Shown: positions 47,226 to 60,005, counted from the first letter of the whole stretch. The stretch: DNA of 63,738 bases, filler included, from Octopus bimaculoides (GCF_001194135.2; 5 parts of 5 records of this genome joined end to end with filler, not necessarily neighbours in it), one strand, 5' to 3'. Notes: generated by a model not told the origin, from the sequence alone. Program-made: numbers and translations.

Positions 47226-47761
47226 ATAGTTTCACATTTTGGTACAAGATTACATCGATCCCAGTGTTCAACGGGTACTTATTTTATCGATCTCGACAGG
47301 ACGAGAAGCAAAGGGGCTAAAAGAAAAAAGAAATGGACAAGAATTTCTTTCTCCATGAAGGGCATCAATATTGTTCCTGGAATAAAGTCAATAACCTAAA
47401 ATTAAATAATAAAAAAAAAAACTTTGAGCTGCTTGAGACGTATTCGTTAAGAAACCAGAAAGAATTATGTTACTTGGTAAGGAAATATAACTGCAGCTGT
47501 GTACGCAGTTACAGCATAATTCTGTTATGAATGTAAGACTAATAGTTACTGTTTTGGATGCTAACAAAGAATTATAATTTGATAATAATGATGCAACATT
47601 TCCGGATTTTCAAACTCACTTCATTTTGGTTTTTACAGTCAAGTAATATTTTTCTCTTTTTATTTCTCTGAAAGTTCAAGAGTTTTATTGTGATGGATTT
47701 TTGCCATCGGGAAGAGCTTGTGCGTGTGCGTATGTGATGTGTGTATGTGGTGTGTGTATGT

Positions 47762-47821
<60 letters not shown>

Positions 47822-47896
47822 CGAGCGCGCGCCAGCACGTGCATATATACATGCATGTATATATATGTACGTAGATATAAATATATGCACATACAT

Positions 47897-47927
<31 letters not shown>

Positions 47928-48334
47928 CCATATATATATATATANNNNNNNNNNNNNNNNNNNNNNNNNNNNNNNNNNNNNNNNNNNNNNNNNNNNNNNN
48001 NNNNNNNNNNNNNNNNNNNNNNNNNNNNNNNNNNNNNNNNNNNNNNNNNNNNNNNNNNNNNNNNNNNNNNNNNNNNNNNNNNNNNNNNNNNNNNNNNNNN
48101 NNNNNNNNNNNNNNNNNNNNNNNNNNNNNNNNNNNNNNNNNNNNNNNNNNNNNNNNNNNNNNNNNNNNNNNNNNNNNNNNNNNNNNNNNNNNNNNNNNNN
48201 NNNNNNNNNNNNNNNNNNNNNNNNNNNNNNNNNNNNNNNNNNNNNNNNNNNNNNNNNNNNNNNNNNNNNNNNNNNNNNNNNNNNNNNNNNNNNNNNNNNN
48301 NNNNNNNNNNNNNNNNNNNNNNNNNNNNNNNNNN

Positions 48335-48377
<43 letters not shown>

Positions 48378-48589
48378 GTATGTATATATCTATGATATAG
48401 GTTTGGTAGAACAAACAGGATGAAGAAAAGTTTTGGGACACACATCTAGACAAAATTTTTAATATCGGTAGGCGTTACAAAGTGACTACAGGAGTGAGAA
48501 GTTTGTGCATAGCATTTATTCGAGAGTTCGAAACTCTTGGTCTTAAAAGTCACTTCGTAACAAGTGGAAACTAAAAATTATACTAATAA

Positions 48590-48606
48590 TAACGCCACTA
48601 CTACTA

Positions 48607-48653
<47 letters not shown>

Positions 48654-48752
48654 ACTACTACTACTGCTGCTGCTGCTGCTACTAATACTACTACTACTAC
48701 TATTACTACTACTACTACTACTGCTACAACCACCACCAACACAACAACAAAA

Positions 48753-48805
<53 letters not shown>

Positions 48806-48877
48806 CACTACTACTAGCACTACAACCATTACTACTACTAATACCACCACCACCACCACCACCACCACCACCACCAT
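48590..48877. repeat. (ACT)n/(GCT)n/(ACC)n compound microsatellite
   Basis: Directly visible. Confidence 0.9.
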
Positions 48878-48894
48878 GTGCTGGAAAGAACATA

Positions 48895-49440
48895 GATTAG
48901 ATGGTTAGCATAGCGTCTTTGGAAGTCACCATCCAGATGTCATTCCTCTTTTCGGTTAGGTTATCATGTAGCGTTGCTGTTACTTTTATCCCATTTACGA
49001 CGGAGTTTGTTATGCACTCCTGATCAAGTGGGCAAGCTCCAGGGTCTCGGCAGTTACAATTGGGAGCGGGCTCTTGGTGGTGTTTACGGGCAATGAGGCT
49101 CTTCATATTGGGGAAGCAGCTATTTGATAGTTCAATTGAACATCTGCTAAAGATCTTTCTGTTTTCGTGATTTTTCTGGAAAATGGTTACCTAAGAGACA
49201 CAGGTATCTCTTACCTACGCCAGTTTTAACATTTAGGAAAAAGTGGGTGCGGACCAAATTATTTTCCAAGGTCTATTCCTAGATCTATTTTCATGATTCA
49301 TATTATTACTAGAAGGGTTGTAGCATACCTTATCTTTGAAGCCACTATTATCTAAAACGTTTATATTTGGGGCCTGCCTTATCAAAACTGTCTTTTGAAG
49401 AGAAATTTGATATACTATTAGTAATGTTAGCTATCAGGTT
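48895..49440 (-). mobile_element. Penelope-like element remnant (RT C-terminus, Cys linker, start of the GIY-YIG region), frameshifted
   Basis: ISNFSSKDSFDKAGPKY..., SGF..., KIIW..., KIFSR..., SCFPNMKSLIARKH...CNCRDPGACPLDQECITNSVV. Confidence 0.8.
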
Positions 49441-52095
49441 TTTAAACACTACAGGGACTAGTATGATTGTTTATGTATGTAGGAAAATTTCTCGTTAGGT
49501 TTATAAGAGCGAGAATTTAGACCTAGGGAAACGTAATACATCAACGTTTGACATTAATAGCAACTGATTAATAGACGGAGCTCCAGACCAAAAAAAGAAT
49601 AACTAGTGAGGGAGGTGGTCGATTTGTTCGACTGAAAACCTTCAAGGGTTTGCCCCAATATGGCTGCAGTCGAATGACTGAAACGGGTAAAAAATAACAG
49701 AATATCTAGAAATACACCCGTACACATACACTCACACACACACATAAATATACGGATACACATTTACAGCAATATCGGGAAAAATTACATATATATGTTA
49801 TATCTTCGAATTTCAGTGGGATGAGGCGTGAATGAATTTTCTTGTTTGTTGTAGTTCGAAACGGATTGGTGAATGCTCGACCAATTAAAATATTCGGTCG
49901 AGCGAAGAGTTCAGAGATATATTTGAAATCCTGTCAACATTGTTAATGAAGAGGAAGTTAGATGAGTCGATCAGTATAAAGTTGTAGATGTAAAAGTTCA
50001 CGTTTAGAAGTAGGTGGGGAGAGGTGGGGGCAAATGTCAGGCGAGTTTAGTTGGTGCAGATCGTTTAGAATGGCGAATGATACGAGGAGATGAAGTTGGT
50101 GAACCAAGGAAAATGTTGATATCAAAAGCTGCACGTAAGGTTATCCAGGAGAGTGAAGATGTTTGACAAATTATCTTAATTAAACAAGAGAAAGGGTAGC
50201 AGTTATGCTAGGAAGAGACTGGGGGAGTAATAGAAGGGGGCATAGTAATTTTGGGGAGATTAGTGGGCACTAGTTCCAGTCAAAATTATTGGAAAATATT
50301 TACTGTTCATGTTCAAGTGACTTTTACGTGTCATTGTATGATAATGGTGGTGGCGGTGGTGGTTGGTTCGTGGTGGTGGTGGTGGTGGAGGTATGGGGAC
50401 TGCGTATCGTAACATAGCTCACCATTTCTGTTTGAATGCTGCACTTGGAGAGTAAATATATGAATACATGATTCTCAGAGGTGGGTCGTAATAGGTTCTC
50501 TAGAAGACTTACAAAAGGTTCCAACTTACAACCGGATTAAGGTTCAAAGGCCAGGTGGTTCGTTAATTGATATATCTAGAAGAAAAATAGTTTAATCGAT
50601 AAAGCTCTGAGATGTAACAATAAATAAACTTATGAAGCCGGCGGGTAAATACAGACTGACTAATCGATGTTGTTACACTGTAAATATAAACTGGTCGATA
50701 TAATTACACAAAGTCAATACTAACTAATCGATATAACAACAATGTGAAGATAGATAAATTATTCAATATAGCTTAGCATCAATCATGTTATCTTTTCACC
50801 CAAACATCTCCCTTGTACATCTTCATCATATCATCTACGACATATTTGTTAAACAAACCTAAATTAATACCTCACTATCCAACTAGTTAACAAAGCGATG
50901 AATTCATACCAGTTGTCTTAGTGCTAGAAATAGTAGCCAGATCTCCCTCGATTCGAAAGCTGTCTTTAAGAAAACATATCCGACGCTATAGTCCTTGATA
51001 TAAAAGTAAAGAGACAGTAGGGTCAGTTCTTGAAAGGCCATCAACGACTTTTCTGCAATGTTCTCGATTCTGGTCTGTTTTGTCTATTTTCCCTTTTTGA
51101 ATCCCTGCTGTTTCACCTTTTTATTTTCACCTCAGTATCCTGCCTTCTCTGAAGGAAGGCCTTCATATCCCAGATCTTGTTAGTTTTGGTTTGTCATTGA
51201 TGGTTCTGTAACTTTGATTTTTATTAGGTTGGGGCGTTGGCCCAATGAAAGCCCATTTTTATCTGTGGAAAGTGGTGGTTCGTGTTAGCTGGCCTCTATC
51301 CTTTGACCTGTACAGTACAGGAGGCCTTATTAGAAGCTTGCGCTCTGCTGGCATAGTTCTCAGTTCATTGAACTTCACAAGCCATCAGACAGCAATAACG
51401 ACTGGTCCTTGTAATGGTCTGCTTATTTAAGGCCTAGTTTACTCATTAATATGTTTATTACTAACAATGAGCTTTCGAAATTTTACGAGATTGTTTAATA
51501 TTAATAGACAAAACGATAAAAGTTCCCTCAGCTATATACAAGGAAGGGAATATTAGTTACATTATGTCTTCAGAAAAGAAAAGGCAGGATGACCACGGTA
51601 GGAACGCTTTTTATCATTTGTTTGATCATGTTAGCCCATTACCTAAGCATCAAACAAACTCTTAAGATGTGAATTGGATTATAAATATCAATTAAACGAA
51701 TTATGAAAAAACTCTTCTCCTTGCTCCAAAAATGTTGAGCGCATACGTACCTGTAGCTTTCACACCTGAATCAGGGGTTAGCATAAAGTGTTTTCTCGCG
51801 GTCTTAACAACGAAACACCTTTACTTGAAAATGAACTCATATTATTCATATTTGGCGTTCGATTTATACTAACTCTGCCATTTTGTCTTTTAACAAGTCA
51901 ACAGTGTTGCATCTATACAGCCACATGAACTCCGAAATCTATCACATACATTTTTATAATAACCCACTCGTAATTTATTTTACTGTAAATTGAAGGACAT
52001 ACCGGTCTGCATGGTTTAGTTACATAATGGGACGTGCTGGTCACGGTTAGAGCGCCATTATCATAGTTATATTGATTCAGCAAACCGGGAGTTAA

Positions 52096-52159
<64 letters not shown>

Positions 52160-52190
52160 TATATGTATAGTTTGCCTCTTTGCATTAGAG

Positions 52191-52532
52191 CTGTCATTCT
52201 CAAACGGTGCGCCACAAGAAGTATTTAGTGGCGCCGCAGTTTTTTTAATTTTCTTCGAAATATAATTTAAGTTTTTATAGAAAATTTACACTAATGCTTG
52301 AGTATTTCGAAAAACGTGCTTTTCATAATTTTGTTACACGCAAAAATGATTAATAAAGTGTGAAAAGAAATCATTTTTAATATTTCTCATAAGTTAATAA
52401 CTTTAAAACAGCCTCACCTCACATTTCAAATTAGAATACAAAGCAAGACAATAATTTTATACGTTCTATACAAAATGCCTGAGTTAGTTTTTCATTTAAT
52501 CACCAAAGCGCCACAAAATGAAAGAATGACTG
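52191..52532. mobile_element. Possible hAT-type MITE
   Basis: Short imperfect TIR ctgtcattct / agaatgactg; no TSD found. Confidence 0.35.
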
Positions 52533-52774
52533 CAAGCCACTGAGCAACAAACTGCAGAGAGAAAATAAAACACTTTACAGTAAAAGTATTTATCTTATTT
52601 TGTGTCTAGTCAGAGTTATATGTAAGGAAAAAAACAAGAGTTTATTATTGGTGCCAATTTTTATCGATCTCCGAAAACACATGTAGTAAAAAAAATGAAT
52701 GAAAATCGTCGAACTCATTGAGATTCGAACACTGCACAAAATAGGTGAAAACAAAACAAAAAAAAAAGAACTTT

Positions 52775-53090
52775 TCTACGCTAGGCACAAGGCCTGAAAG
52801 TTTTGGGAGTAGGAACCAGTCGATTAGACCGACCCCAGTACGCAACTGGTACTTAATTTATCGACCGGGAAAGGTAAAGTCGACCTCGGTAGAATTCGAA
52901 CTCAGAATGTAATGACAGACGAACTACTGGTAAGTATTTCACCCGGGGAGCTAATGTGTCTGCCAGCAAAAGAGACCGATAACATAAGCACCAAGCTTAC
53001 AAAAAATAAGTCCAGGGCTTATCTCTTCGACTTAAAGGTGGTGATCCAGCATGACCACTGTCAAAATGACTGAAACGAGTAAAAGAAGAT
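52775..53090. mobile_element. SINE family C (-, 52775-52967) joined to a SINE family B 3' end (+)
   Basis: gtcgacctcggtagaattcgaactcagaat, then aaagagaccgat...cagcatgaccactgtcaaaatgactgaaac. Confidence 0.7.
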
Positions 53091-53109
53091 ATATATATAT
53101 ATATATATC

Positions 53110-53455
53110 TACTCTTTCTGGACTGTTTGATTCTGAACTTTATACCCTCCGGCTGCACCTCTCCTACCCACGGATTACACTGGACCCATCTTTTGATTGG
53201 AAATCGCTTCAATATACCACGACGTCTAAAAAACTTTTGAACTTTTGAACTTTTCCACTTTTGTAAACCTCCTTTATCATCTTTTTTTTTACCTTTACTT
53301 TCCTTCACTCTCCTTGTCTCCGTATTCTTTCTGTTGAAGAGCGTAGCTCGAAACGTCAAAGACTTTCCGTATTCCCGAGCGTCATACTAATACATCCTTT
53401 TGTTATTTACACCACCTGTCCTCGTCTGTTGTTGTTTTTTCGTATATTCTCCCAT
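53110..53455 (+). mobile_element. Penelope-like terminal repeat containing the minimal hammerhead
   Basis: Homologous to 860-1245 and 8255-8415. Confidence 0.6.
53326..53362 (+). ncRNA. Minimal hammerhead variant in a Penelope-like terminal repeat (A6U, extra A, palindromic ACGU stem III, GUC site)
   Basis: UCUUU-CUGUUGA-A-GAGC-GUA-GCUC-GAAA-CG-UC-AAAGA. Confidence 0.6.
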
Positions 53456-54273
53456 NNNNNNNNNNNNNNNNNNNNNNNNNNNNNNNNNNNNNNNNNNNNN
53501 NNNNNNNNNNNNNNNNNNNNNNNNNNNNNNNNNNNNNNNNNNNNNNNNNNNNNNNNNNNNNNNNNNNNNNNNNNNNNNNNNNNNNNNNNNNNNNNNNNNN
53601 NNNNNNNNNNNNNNNNNNNNNNNNNNNNNNNNNNNNNNNNNNNNNNNNNNNNNNNNNNNNNNNNNNNNNNNNNNNNNNNNNNNNNNNNNNNNNNNNNNNN
53701 NNNNNNNNNNNNNNNNNNNNNNNNNNNNNNNNNNNNNNNNNNNNNNNNNNNNNNNNNNNNNNNNNNNNNNNNNNNNNNNNNNNNNNNNNNNNNNNNNNNN
53801 NNNNNNNNNNNNNNNNNNNNNNNNNNNNNNNNNNNNNNNNNNNNNNNNNNNNNNNNNNNNNNNNNNNNNNNNNNNNNNNNNNNNNNNNNNNNNNNNNNNN
53901 NNNNNNNNNNNNNNNNNNNNNNNNNNNNNNNNNNNNNNNNNNNNNNNNNNNNNNNNNNNNNNNNNNNNNNNNNNNNNNNNNNNNNNNNNNNNNNNNNNNN
54001 NNNNNNNNNNNNNNNNNNNNNNNNNNNNNNNNNNNNNNNNNNNNNNNNNNNNNNNNNNNNNNNNNNNNNNNNNNNNNNNNNNNNNNNNNNNNNNNNNNNN
54101 NNNNNNNNNNNNNNNNNNNNNNNNNNNNNNNNNNNNNNNNNNNNNNNNNNNNNNNNNNNNNNNNNNNNNNNNNNNNNNNNNNNNNNNNNNNNNNNNNNNN
54201 NNNNNNNNNNNNNNNNNNNNNNNNNNNNNNNNNNNNNNNNNNNNNNNNNNNNNNNNNNNNNNNNNNNNNNNNN

Positions 54274-54351
<78 letters not shown>

Positions 54352-54381
54352 TTATTAAGTATCCAGAAGATAGATTTATTT

Positions 54382-54487
54382 TGTACAACGGTTGTTTCGA
54401 CCCATCCTGCTACTGTCCCTTATAGGTCGGACTCCGTTCAATATGTTGTTTTGCATCCATTTTGCAGTGTGGGTCTCATCAGGTACA
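54382..54487 (-). ncRNA. Type I hammerhead ribozyme fold with canonical core and long stem-II insert
   Basis: Minus strand reads UGUAC-CUGAUGA-GACCCA-(~65 nt)-UGGGUC-GAAA-C-AACC-G-UU-GUACA: 5-bp stem I, 6-bp stem II, 2-bp stem III and a GUU triplet. Confidence 0.8.
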
Positions 54488-55030
54488 TCCATACACAAAG
54501 TTGTGTCTCACTGAAGATCCTAAGTTTTTGCTGTCATGTTACTATATACCCGCCTGGTTAACGAATGAAACATTGCTATAATTTTCAATTACTATTATCC
54601 TTCAATGATAAGAATTGCAAACGTTTGTAAATATAGACAAATAACTGTCAATAAAAAAAAAAAAATGTCGGAGAAGTGAATGGATGGACATGAATGGATT
54701 GAGTTTCATTGGATTTAAGACAAAGGAATGGTGCTAGAAAAAAGTAGGTAAAGATATATATCTATATTTATACAAGATAAAATGTCTGGGAGCGAAAGGA
54801 TGTTTAGCTGGCTAGGTTAGGTCGGGATGCGCATACAGACATTCGCACACCCACCCGCTCATTCATATTCTTACACAAGCGATGTTGGTCCACCCGCCTA
54901 TATGATCAAGTTCGGTCGTAGTTCGTATTATTTATGGCTGAAAGACAACCTCACCAGAAGTCTGTCTTAACAATTGACTCATCTATATCACCGTGGGTGA
55001 GTCACACATGTATGTATATATAGATATATA

Positions 55031-55063
<33 letters not shown>

Positions 55064-55679
55064 NNNNNNNNNNNNNNNNNNNNNNNNNNNNNNNNNNNNN
55101 NNNNNNNNNNNNNNNNNNNNNNNNNNNNNNNNNNNNNNNNNNNNNNNNNNNNNNNNNNNNNNNNNNNNNNNNNNNNNNNNNNNNNNNNNNNNNNNNNNNN
55201 NNNNNNNNNNNNNNNNNNNNNNNNNNNNNNNNNNNNNNNNNNNNNNNNNNNNNNNNNNNNNNNNNNNNNNNNNNNNNNNNNNNNNNNNNNNNNNNNNNNN
55301 NNNNNNNNNNNNNNNNNNNNNNNNNNNNNNNNNNNNNNNNNNNNNNNNNNNNNNNNNNNNNNNNNNNNNNNNNNNNNNNNNNNNNNNNNNNNNNNNNNNN
55401 NNNNNNNNNNNNNNNNNNNNNNNNNNNNNNNNNNNNNNNNNNNNNNNNNNNNNNNNNNNNNNNNNNNNNNNNNNNNNNNNNNNNNNNNNNNNNNNNNNNN
55501 NNNNNNNNNNNNNNNGAGAGAGAAAGAGAAGGAGTGAGAGAGAAAGAGAGAGAAAGAGACAGACAGACAGACCGTGATTGTGTCAAAACACTGCAGAACC
55601 TGAAGTGTATCAATAAATTAGCCGTGAGGAGTGTAAATAGCTGAAATCTCAGACAAAGGCTCCTCAATGAGTTGGTCAT

Positions 55680-55698
55680 AAAATGGCCGACGGAAGTG
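55680..55698 (+). promoter_or_regulatory. Candidate promoter motifs AAAATGGCCG (YY1-like) and CGGAAGTG (ETS-like)
   Basis: Adjacent motifs in unique sequence; no downstream exons identified. Confidence 0.25.
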
Positions 55699-56097
55699 AA
55701 AGAAAAGGACGGCCATTTCTCCCGCCAACTAAACCTATTAAGGCAACGAACTTTAAGCTCGCTTTCTGTCTTTTCTTATATGACTACATAGACTATCACC
55801 ACTTTCTTTCATTCTAGAACGGCTTTTTGTTTCCTCATTTACTGCACCTGGTATCGAAACTCTTCTCTTATAGAGGTGAAAAAGAAAAAGGAAGAGAAAC
55901 CGATGCCTTGATTGTACAACAATGGAGACAGGAATTGCTACCTTGCGCACATTTACTCAAACTCGTGGACACAAAAAAAAGCATTATATGCGTGTGGATT
56001 AAACATATATACGCAGACACAATCGTTCATTCTACCTATCTTTATTCTCACTCTCGCTGTTTGTCACTTTTTCTTTCTCGCCTTCACTGAATCTATC

Positions 56098-56148
<51 letters not shown>

Positions 56149-56799
56149 ACAATGGCCACATGGAAACCCTCAAACATTAGTAACAACTGAACTGTTATGA
56201 CAAAATTATCGCCCTCATCAACAGCGGGTTTCTTTCATTTTCAATTATGAGTGGTCGGTTAAAATTGAATTTTCCCATTAATTTGTATTCCCTTCAAATT
56301 CTGAACAGAAGAAAAAGAAGATATAACAAACACGAAAATAAGAAAATAAACGAAGAACCAAACATAAATAAAAAGGAAAAGAACATTAAAAAAATACATA
56401 TAAACACTGTAAACATAAAATTACCACAACCACACCACAACACTCTACACACCACACACCAACATCACTACCCTACCCATCCCATGAATTTGTGGTTTCG
56501 TTTTTTTTGCGTATATATGTGTGTGTTTTATTTTGTTTCATTTCCAACAAGAATTTCATCGTTTTCGTTTCAAGTTATATTTTATTATAGTTTTATATCT
56601 GTCTTGTGTAACATGACTGACTTGCTGCGTCTTTCAAAGTAAACATTAGATTTTAAATTGAACTTAAATACATTCTACAATGACGGTTGGAACATGTTAA
56701 TTTCAAAAAACTGTTCTTCTTTTATATTTCTCTAGTTGACCAACAACTACTTAGAGAGCGAACAAGCTAACTACAAGCTATCTACTTACAAAACAACTA

Positions 56800-57528
56800 T
56801 CGCCGTCACCACCACCACCACCGCCATCGCTGCAATCACCACCACCACCACCACTACCACCACCACCACCATCATCATCGTCGTCGTCGTCATCATCATC
56901 ATCATCATCATCATCGTCATTAGCAGCAGCAGCAGCAGCATCGTCGCTTTATGTTATTGGTTTGTCACCATCATCATCATCATCATCATCATCATTATCA
57001 TCATCTCTTACTGTTCTTTTTCTTATCATCATCATCATGACTTTCACCGTCCTCGCCATCATCATCGTAATCATCACCATCATCATCGCCCTCATCATCA
57101 TGTCCATCGTCAACATTATAATCATGTTCATTATCGTCTTCCTCCTCCTCCTCCTACTCATCCTCATCATCATCACCACCACCACCACCACCATCATCAT
57201 CATCATCCTCATCACCACCATCATCATCATCATCATCCTCATCACCACCATCATCATCATCATCATCATCATCATCCTCATCACCACCATCATCATCATC
57301 ATCATTATCATCATCTCTTACTGTTCTTTTTCTTATCACTATCATCATGACTTTCACCGTACTCTCCATCATCATCATCGTCATCATCATCAACACCATC
57401 ATCATCATCGTCTTCCTCCTCCTCCTCCTCCTCCTCCTCCTCATCATCATCCTCATCACCACCACCGCCATCATCATCAGCGTCATCATGACTTATTATC
57501 ACCATCATCATGACTTTCACCGTCGTCG

Positions 57529-57569
<41 letters not shown>

Positions 57570-57590
57570 GTCATCTTAATCATCATCAGT
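56800..57590. repeat. (CAT)n/(CAC)n tract with a higher-order internal duplication
   Basis: catcatctcttactgttctttttcttatca...tgactttcaccgt occurs near 57000 and 57310, partially near 57500. Confidence 0.9.
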
Positions 57591-58059
57591 TTTGTATTGT
57601 TTTCTTTTTTCTTCTTTATTTTTCTACCTCTTTATATACTTTATCGTGAAAATCTTGTAGTGTTAGAAGCAGCTACCAATTGAAACTCAAATATTACATT
57701 TTTAAACCATGTTTTAGAAAGAGATGCAACATCGAATATATCCATTATTTACATTATTTACGTTATTTACATTTGACGGTTGTTTGTCCTCATCTTGTTT
57801 GTTAACACAACGCTTTGGCTAATATACTCTCCAGCCTCCATCTTGGAGAAATTTCGAATCTGGGTTCCCATTCCTAAGGTATTTTTCGATGTTGTTCTAT
57901 TTATTTATCTATTTATTTATAATATCTTTCTCCATTTTCTTCCTCTGTTTAGACGAACTTTCCTACCTTTTCGGACAAAACTTTTTGTAACCTTCGTCCT
58001 GTCTTTGTCCTTATATGTTTTTAATTGATATTAGCCCTTGAGGCCAATAAAACGAATGA

Positions 58060-58122
<63 letters not shown>

Positions 58123-58159
58123 TAGGTCGTCGAAAAATTACCTTAGGAATGAGAACCCA

Positions 58160-58270
58160 GCACGTCGAACAAAAGCCGCAATGGCATCTCTTCCGGTTCG
58201 TGACGTTCTGAGTTCATATCCCGGCAAAGTCAATTTTGCCTTTCACCCCAGTGGTTTTGATGTGATCGAA
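58160..58270 (+). mobile_element. Degraded SINE family C fragment
   Basis: gttctgagttcatatccc...aagtcaattttgcctttcacc. Confidence 0.5.
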
Positions 58271-58734
58271 TTGCCTCCCATTCTCTTCGAAAATTACTGA
58301 CCTTGGGACTCTTCTGCGGACCGGTGTCCCGTTCAAGGTTTCGTTGTCATCTTGGCCAATTATATGCCACGGAATCCGGGCAACCGACGTAATGACCACG
58401 AAGACTCAAGAAAAAAACAAACAAATGAAAAAAATAAGATCTTTGCTCATAAAGAATAAAATGCTTAGAATGGTATTCCTAACAAGCTCAACAACATAGA
58501 TTTGTGTAAATAGAAGCTAACGTTATTTTACCGAACCAAGAAGGATGAAAAGCAAAATTTGTCATCGGGCGCATTTGAAACCCAACCAACAAATAAGCAA
58601 CGAATACAACACATCCTGTTTCTGAAATATCTGTGGTGCACACAATTGTTTCCGCACAAGACGAGGCAGAAGTAGAAATATGAATATCAAATTAAAGAAT
58701 AAGAGAATGACGCATAGAGATGACATTCTTTTGT

Positions 58735-58870
58735 TCTTTTATTCTTTTGTTTGCTTTAGTTATTTTGACGGCGGCCATGCTAGAGCACCGCATTTTAGTC
58801 GAAGAAATCGACCCCCAGGACTTAATCTTTGTAAGCCTTGTTTGTACTTATTCTATCGGTCTCTTTTTGA
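58735..58870 (-). mobile_element. SINE family B 3' fragment
   Basis: catgctagagcaccgc...atcgacccccaggactt...ttctatcggtctc. Confidence 0.65.
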
Positions 58871-59519
58871 GTTGTTGAGTACTGCAACTACGACAAACAA
58901 CCACTAGTAATACATAAGCCCAGAACAATATGAAGAAGAAAAAGAAGGGGAGGAGGAGAAAGAGGAGGAAGAAGAAAAACAGAAGAAAAAGGGGAGGGGA
59001 GGTGGTGGAAGAAGAAGGAGAGGAAAAAGAAGGAGGAGGAGGAGAAAAAGAAGGAGATAAAGAAGGAAGAGAAAAAGGAGATAAAGAAGGAAGAGAAAAA
59101 GAAGATAAAGAAGGAAGAGAAAAAGAAGAAAATAAAGAAGAAGAAGAAGAAGAAGAAGAAGAAGAAGAAGAAGAAGAAGAAGAAGACGATGATGATGATG
59201 ATAAAAAGAAGAAGACTAAGAAGGAAGCTGCAGCTAGCATTTACTGTTTTGTGACAACGCAAATTGCAGTAAGACCTGCCGCCATTTCGCTCCCACCAAC
59301 CACCCCTAATACCACCACCACCACCATCACTATGACAACTTTCACCATCATCATCATCATCGCTATCATCATCAATACAAAGGAAGCCCATTAAATTGTA
59401 AGTAACAAGAACAAGAACAAGAACAAGAACAAGAACAAAGCCATAAAACGGAATAAACTTGATAAATATCTGAAGCTGTCGTTTTCACGAATTCCTTGGC
59501 CGTTGTAGAGTTTTTTTTA

Positions 59520-59750
59520 TCTCTGCACCACCACCTCAACCACCAGCACTACAACCACCACCACCACCACTACAACCACCACCACTACAATCACCACCAC
59601 TACAACTACAACCACCACCACTACAACTACCACCACCATCACCACCACCACCACTACGACAACCACCACCACCACAACTACAACCACCACCACCACCACT
59701 ACAACCACCACCACTACAATCACCACCACTACAACTACAACCACCACCAC
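59520..59750. repeat. (ACC/ACT/ACA)n tract
   Basis: Directly visible. Confidence 0.9.
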
Positions 59751-59869
59751 NNNNNNNNNNNNNNNNNNNNNNNNNNNNNNNNNNNNNNNNNNNNTTAATT
59801 AATTAANNNNNNNNNNNNNNNNNNNNNNNNNNNNNNNNNNNNNNNNNNNNAAAAAAAAAAAAAAAATCA

Positions 59870-60005
59870 GGCGTGGTGGTGTGGTAAAGTGTTTGTTTCT
59901 CAATCGCATGGTTTCAGGTTCAGTTCCACTGCGTGGCACCCTGGGTAGTTGTTTTCTACTATAGCCTCAGGCCGACCAAAGCCTTGTGAGTGGATTTGAT
60001 AGACA
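59870..60005 (+). mobile_element. SINE family B 5' fragment
   Basis: ggttcagttccactgcgtggcacc...gccgaccaaagccttgtgagtggattt. Confidence 0.75.

Noticed and set aside
49850-51430. Possible decayed LINE or Penelope fragments
   Set aside because: Too degraded to assign by eye.
1168-55679. Long ORFs in the track made of X runs or YI/CV/ER/poly-amino-acid repeats
   Set aside because: Produced by N gaps and microsatellites; no coding evidence.
56736-57649. His-rich ORFs resembling histidine-rich beak or metal-binding proteins
   Set aside because: (CAT/CAC)n microsatellite with stops or hydrophobic runs in alternate frames; no Gly/Ala-rich repeat pattern or exon boundaries.
58930-59394. 154-aa Lys/Glu-rich ORF
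   Set aside because: Purine-rich (GAA)n low complexity; no domain.
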